Part shown: piece by piece, positions 57,938-64,000 of the stretch
Position numbering within the stretch: position 1 is the stretch's first letter
Layout of the letters: each line of letters starts with the position of its first letter
From: Cyanophora paradoxa CCMP329
Lineage: Eukaryota; Plantae; Glaucophyta
Assembly (NCBI GenBank): GCA_004431415.1
Contig: QPMI01000593.1
Span: 62,001 to 126,000, forward strand
Direction of reading: 5' to 3'
DNA: 64,000 bases
Translations under genes and position numbers: made by a program
Notes under the pieces: generated by a model
The model's database searches: none
Told to the model about the DNA's origin: nothing
What the model saw: only the letters and a program-made list of their open reading frames with translations

Positions 57938-60900
57938 TCAGGGCGGGGGCCGCCAGGCGGACAGGCCGCCGTCCCTGTGGCCGGCAAGGACGAGCGGGGC
58001 GGCGGGGTCGGGCAGGGCGCCCATGCCCGTGAAGGGCGCCCCGCCGGCCGCCAGCTCGCACGCCGCGAGCGCCACCAGCTGCCCGCGCTCCTCGTCCACG
58101 CGCCAGAAGCGGAGCGTCCGGTCCGTGGCGCACGAGGCGAGCAGCGAGGCGCCCCCGCCCACGAAGGCGAGCGCCATCGGCTCGCCCTCGTGCGCCCCGT
58201 GCGCCTCGCAGACCTTGCGGCCCGACGCGCGCCAGACGCAGATCTTGCGGTCCGCGCCCGCCGTCGCCAGCAGCGCCCCTCCGCCGGCCGCCCCGCCGTA
58301 CGCCAGCGCGGTGACGTACCCTTGGTGTGCGCCGTCCCCCGGTCCCGAGAGCGTGAAGGCCTGGTGGCCCTGCCGCGAGTCCCACACCGTGACGATGTCC
58401 CCCGCCGCCGCCACCTGCGGAGCAAGTCACGGACGAGCCGACGGCGGACGCGGGGGGTACAGTGTTAAAGGACGCGCGTGGAAGCCGTCGGGGCTGTAGG
58501 CGCAGGAGCGGACCCAGCCGGCGCATGTCTCCATCGTGTGCTCCGCCCGCCCCGTCCGCGCGTCCCACAGCTTCACCTGAGGCGAGACGGGCCGGCCCCG
58601 GGCGGCTCAGGCGGCTCGCGCTCACCTGAGCGCGGGCGCGGGCGCGGGCGCGGGCGAACCGTGCAGTCCCAGCTGCCGCTGGCCATGGCGTACCCGGCGC
58701 CGGGCCCCTCGGGCTGCCACGCCACGCTCGTGACGCTGCGGGGCGGGATCAGAAGCGAATAAAAGCAATGCTTTAGGATCGTGAGGACCTGTCGAGGTGG
58801 CCGGGGAGCTTGGAGACGTGGCGGCCGGCCGCGGGGTCCCACGTGAAGAGGGCCCGGTCGTCCCCCGCCGAGGCCAGGCGCGCCCCGTCCGGCGAGAACG
58901 CCACGCTGCACAAGAGAAGGAGGAGGGGGGGGGGAGACACGGTGAGAAAGGAGGGGGGAAGAAGGAAGAGGAGGATCGTTAGCGTTAGGGGAAGGAAGCA
59001 GGAGGAGGAGGAGGAGGGAGCGTCAGGAGACGCGGGGCGCCGCGGCGCGGCATCAGGCGCGCTCGCTCGCTCGCCTGAGGACGTTGTCGGAGTGCTCGGC
59101 GCCGGCCATGGCGACGCCCTCGCTCGCCCCCTCCGCCTCCAGGTCCCACACCTGCCGCCCCCTTAGAGAAACGGCGGCGCCTCTGCCGCTGGCGATGCCG
59201 GACCTTGACGGCGGGGTCCGAGGAGCCCGTGGCGGCGAGCCTGCCGCCGGGGGCGAACCCGACCGCGTTGACCGCCTCCCCGTGCGCCCTCCGCAGGCCC
59301 ACCAAGGCCCTGCGAAGAGGGCTTAGAAGTGGGCGGGAAAAGGAAAAGAGCGCTCTGGGCCGGGCCGGGCAGGTACCCGGGGAGGCGGGAGGCGCTGTGG
59401 ACGGCCACGCCGCCGTCCTTCGAGGCCGCCGCGATCCACTCCCCTGCGCGCGCGCGAGGCGAAGGGCCGTGAGGCGGAGCTCGAAGGGCGTTCGTTCGGC
59501 GACGAAGGGGAAGAAGAGTAGGGCCGCCCACCGTCGGAGGAGTAGCAGCAGGCGTTGGCGTCGCCGCCGCCGCCGCCGCCGCCGGCCGCCTGCTGCCCGC
59601 CGGCCGCCAGCGTCGCGAGGCGCGTGCCTGCCGGGGAAACGATTAATCTCGAGCGCGGCTTTATCTCGTTTTAGCTCCTTCGGGGGAGGGCGGGGCCGCG
59701 GACCGCGGGCGGCGCTCCAGAGGCCGAGGCCGGCGTCCGTCGCGGCGAGGATGCGCGAGCCGTCTGCGGGGCGGGCGGGCGGACGCCTCAACGCGAGGGC
59801 CGCGGGGCCGGGCCGCGGGGCCGCGGGGCGCACCCTTGTTGAAGGCGCAGGAGCGGACTTTAGGGAGGGGGCCCGCCGGCCCCGCGGGCACAGTCACCAG
59901 CTCCGCCAGCGTCGCCACGTCCGTTATCTGGCGGGGTACACGTGATTCGGTGGGGGGGGGGGTACGGTGCTTCTTCGACCCGAGAGAGGCGCGCCTTCAT
60001 GGTGCCGTCCCAGGAGCCCGTCAGGATCGTCGCGCCGTCGGGCGCGAAGCTGCGCGGGCCGCCGCCGTCAGGGGGGTACGCGATGCACGGGGAGGGGGGT
60101 ACGCGTGCCAGACGGCGGAGACGTAGGCGGCGTGGGGCTCCCACTCGCGCGTGATGACGCCGCGCTTCACGTCGACAATCGCGACTGAGCCCGTCGACGA
60201 GCCGCAGACGACGGTCCACCTTCGGGGGGATCAGAAGATCGAAAAAAGGGGGGGGAGAAAGCGGGCGGGGGTACGCGCAGGTCGGGCCCCCAGGAGACGC
60301 AGGTGAGCTCGGCCGTCGACCCGAAGCGCACGGAGCCCCGCTCCTCGCCGCGCGCCACGTCCCAGCTGCGCCCCGCCCGCCCCGCCCCGCCCGCTCAACC
60401 CGAAGAGACGACCCAAATAGAGAGAGAGACGGCGCGCCTCCGGAGGGTGCCGTCGGAGGCGGCCGAGACGAGGAGCGCCCCGTCGGGGCTGTACGCGAAC
60501 CCGTTGACCTGCGCGAGGACGAAAAGAGATAAGAGAGAGTGGTGAGGCATGCAGAGAGAATAGTAGCGCGCGCCATCTTGGAGTTCTACCTAGGAGACTT
60601 CTATGTATGAGCTATATAGACGGGGCTGTAATTGAAGACTACATTAAAACGTTAGCTTAGCGGATCTAGAAAGAGCATCACCATCTTGGAGTGGCCGAGG
60701 AGGGAGTAGCGCGGCTCCAGCACGGCCGCCGCCTCGGGCCCCGCGGCGCCGCCGCGGGCGGGGCCGGGGCCCCAGACCATGAGGGAGCCGTCCCGCGAGG
60801 CCGAGGCGAGGCCCCGCCCGTCCGGCGACCACTGCGCGGGGAGGGGAGAGGGCCGAGGCTGAGCGGCGAGACGAGGGAGGGCGGCCCCCTGAGAGGCTCT

Positions 60901-63900
60901 AGAAAGGGCCGGCCCCCTCACCTTGACGGCGGTGACGGCGTCGGTGTGGCCCATGAGCTCCGCCGTCGCCCCCGCCGAGCCCGACGCCCACACCCGGATC
61001 AGGCAGTCCCGCCCTGCACGCCCCGCCGCCCCCTCAACACAGGCGGTCGAGCAGGAAGGCGGGGAAGCTTATAGGGGCGGGGCGGGCCTTAATAGGCTGT
61101 CAATTAAACAAAAAAGGAGTCTATTATATTATTGGTTTCCTTATTTAAGGCGCGGCCAGTTCGACAGTCGCGGCTGCAGCGCGGGTGTGGGGCGGGGCGG
61201 GGCGGGGTGCGCACCGCCGGTGGCGAGGCGGAGGCCGTCGCGGCTGAAGTCCACCGCCAGCACCGCCGCCCCCGCGTGCCCTGCCCGAGGCGTGATGGGG
61301 TGGGGTAGAGTGGGTTGGAGTGTTGGGGGAAACGCGCCCTCGAGCTCGGCAGAGGCGGCGAGGGCGGCGAGGGCGCGCCAGGCGGGCGCCTCGCCGCCGG
61401 GGGCGGCGGGAACCCAGGGGCCCGTCCCCAGCGCCGCCGACCCCGCCTCGGCCTCCTCCCCCGCCTCCCCGACGCCCGCCGCCGCAGCCTCGGCCGCCGC
61501 CGCCGCCGCCACCGCCGCGCGCTGCCGGGCCGCTCGGCTCAGCTCCCCCAAAATGATGGACAAAACGGACGGGGCGGACCTCTTTGGCGCGGGCGATCTC
61601 CTCGGCGCTGGCGCCGGCGGCGGCCGCCTCCGCCTCGGCCGCCGCCGCCGCCGCCTCCATGCGCATCTTGAGGGCGAGCTCCCGCCGCGCCTTTGCCGCT
61701 GCGCCGCCCCCTCGGTCAGAGAGTAATAGAACAAGAAGGAAACGAAAAAGGAGGAAAGAGAATAGAAGCAGCCGGGGACGGCGGCGGCTCCACACCGGCC
61801 TCGGAAAGAAAGCTAGCTGGAAACAGGAACAGAGGGGAAGGGGCGGGGCGGACCGGCGGCGGCGTCGCGGCGGCCCTCGGCGGCGCGCATCTCAGCCTCG
61901 AGCTCCTCCATCGTCGCCGAGTGCTCCCCCCGCTCCACCGCCGCCGCCACCCGCGCCTTCCCAAGCGTCAGGGGAGGGGAGGGGGGGGGGGGGAATCGTT
62001 CGTTCGTTCGCTCGCCTGGATCGCCTCGAAAATGGCCTTCACGCGACCCTTCCTCGCGTCCGAGGCCTGCCCGGAGCGAGGGGAACGTTCCTCCATCAGG
62101 CGCGGGGTGGAGGGCCGGGGCGGGGGAACGGTCTCCGGACCTTGCCCCTGCGCGGCTTGCGGCCCGTCGGGGACGACGCGTCCGCCGCCACCAGCGACGT
62201 GTCCGCGTCCTGCGAACGAAGTGGGCCGGGCGTACCCCCGTAGGCCCCGGACGAGGATGGGGGTACACTACCTCCCCGCGGAGCTCGGCGTCGATCTCGT
62301 CGCTGAGGCCGTCGCTCATCTGATCCTCCTCCTCTTCCAGCTTCGCGGAATAAATAATCAGGCTCGAAAAGAGGAACCAGAATGCTTCGTAGAACAAAAA
62401 GCGTATCGCACCTTGGAGACGTGCTTACGGCGGAGCGGGGTGGTCCCCACGCCCGCCCCCTCGTCCTCCTCCTCCTCCTCCTGAAAGAGGACCCGTGAGT
62501 CTTTTCCTCGTACCCCCCCGGAAAGAAAAAGAGGATCGCGTACCCCCGGGCCGCGCTGGGCGCGCTCGCGCTCGAGCTCGGCCACCTTCTCGTCCAGCTT
62601 CGCCACCAGCGCCTGCGGGGGTACCGGCTTCAGCCTTTTTTTAGGGGGGTGGGGGTACGGGAGGCGGGCCTCGATGCGGTCCGCCACTTCGAAGGGGTTC
62701 TCCTTCGGCGGGGGCGGCGCTTTGGGCGGCTCCGGCGCGGCGGGCGCGGGGGGCTCCAGCGTGGCGCCGGCGCCGACGCCGGCGCCGGCCGCCGCCTCCT
62801 CCTCTCCGGTACCCAGCGCCCGGCGCCCTCCGCCGGGGCCGCCGGCTCGCCGGCGGGGGCGCCGCCTCCGCCTCCGCCTCCGCCCCCACCTCGCCCTCCG
62901 AGGCCCGCCGCGGCCGGGCGGGAGAGGCCGCCACCTCCGACACGCTGCGCGAAGCGAGCCTCAAACAAAGCGAAGCGTAGCAAAGCAGAGCGTAGCGTAG
63001 GGAAGCGTGGGGAAGCCGTCGCCTGGTGTTGAGGTCGGGGGCCATGAGGGCCCGATCCAGCACCTCCTTCAGGACGGCCGTGGAGAGCTCCGCGCTCAGC
63101 TGCCGCCGCTCCTCCCCGCCGATCGCCTGCCCCGGCCGCGCGTGCCGCCCCGGCAGCGGGCTCGCCCCGGCGGCTGCCGCTGCCCCGCCGGGACCCCTTC
63201 GGGGCTCGGCGGGTCGGGCACCGGGCCCGTCGCGGGGCTCGGCGGCTCCACGGGGGTGGGTCCGGCTCGCCCCCCGGCGCCGCGCCCTCCTCCGCCTCTG
63301 CTGGGCGCGGGGCAGACTCGGCGGGCGGCGCGGCCTCCACCGAAGCGGACTCTCCCCTTCGGCCCCGGGGCCGGGGCCGGCTCCAGCCCCGCCGGTTCCT
63401 CCTCGCCCCTGCGGCCGGCGCCTCGGCCGGCGCCGGCGTCTCCTCCCGAACCGGCCCGGGCTCGGCCTCGGCCGGCGCCGGTGCCGAGGTTGGAGGAAGG
63501 GGCGCGGCGCTGGGCTCGGGGGGCGGGACGGCCGCCGGGGCGGCGTCGGACGCCTCGGGCGCTGGCTCGACGGCGGGGGCCGGGGCGGCGGCCGGCGCCT
63601 CGGCCGCCGCCGCCGCCGGATGCTCCACCACGGCGCTGGCCTGCGGATCCGGGGGAGGTGCCGCGGCGCCCTCTTCCGGGGGCGGGTGCGCGGCGGCGGA
63701 TGGGGCTGGGTCGGGGAGGGGTACGCCGGAGGGCTCTGGGAGGGTTACGCCGGTGGGCTCCGGGAGGGGTACGCCGCTGGGTTCTGGGAGGGACACGCCG
63801 CTGGGCTCCGGAAGGGGAACGCCGCTGGGCTCCGGAAGCGGCACGCCGCCGCTCGGCTCCGGAAGGGGTACATCGCCGCTGGGCTCCGGAAGGGGCACGC

Positions 63901-64000
63901 CCTGCGGGCCGCCGGGCTCCTGCTCCAGCAACGGCGGGGCAGGGGGAGGGGCCTTCTTGCGCGGCTCGCGCCCCTCGATCTCCGCAAAGAACTCGTCGTC
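57938..64000 (-). CDS. WD40-repeat protein with a Pro/Ala/Glu-rich and coiled-coil N-terminal region (5' end off the right edge)
   Basis: Many WD40 exons (GHTDAVTAVK..WSPDGRGLASASRDGSLMVW; FAPDGATILTGSWDGTMK; MASGSWDCTVKLWD; LLATAGADRKICVW; LLASCATDRTLRFW). Stop at 57938. Linkage of 61.5-64 kb to the WD40 part is inferred from strand and splice signals. Confidence 0.85.
63710..63905 (-). repeat. 24-27 bp coding repeat encoding (G)VPLPEPS x~8
   Basis: Visible in ORF 62630..63931. Confidence 0.9.

Noticed and set aside
1-64000. tRNA, rRNA or snRNA genes; autonomous transposase or RT
   Set aside because: None recognised by eye; tRNAscan-SE, Infernal and HMM searches would be needed to exclude them.

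Overview
GC-rich eukaryotic nuclear DNA, most like an alga or other protist; the taxon cannot be fixed from sequence alone. Genes are dense and carry many short (~50-75 nt) spliceosomal introns, so most ORFs in the supplied track are exon fragments or antisense shadows. From left to right: two small head-to-head genes; an RNF170-like RING/DUF1232 gene; a ~26 kb single-pass surface-receptor gene (about six beta-propeller/Ser-Pro modules, four of them a recent ~1.9 kb tandem array including introns, then a 3 kb Ser-Pro stalk, REJ-like region, GAIN/GPS cleavage site, one TM helix and a ~2200 aa repeat-rich cytoplasmic tail); a TE-rich interval (30.4-37 kb) with CCGTA/TA-TSD MITEs, one nested in another; a low-complexity gene; an alpha-helical gene head-to-head with TCF25/Rqc1; a small acidic gene; an intact non-autonomous CACTA element; a TM-coiled-coil-RING gene; and a WD40 gene running off the right edge. 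The most unusual signal is not a gene. The DNA shows a pervasive micro-mutational signature in which a short word X becomes X-revcomp(X)-X. Three sister-copy comparisons between TE ends in this window show it directly, and it plausibly explains the palindrome-saturated intergenic DNA. GC-AG introns are also unusually frequent.
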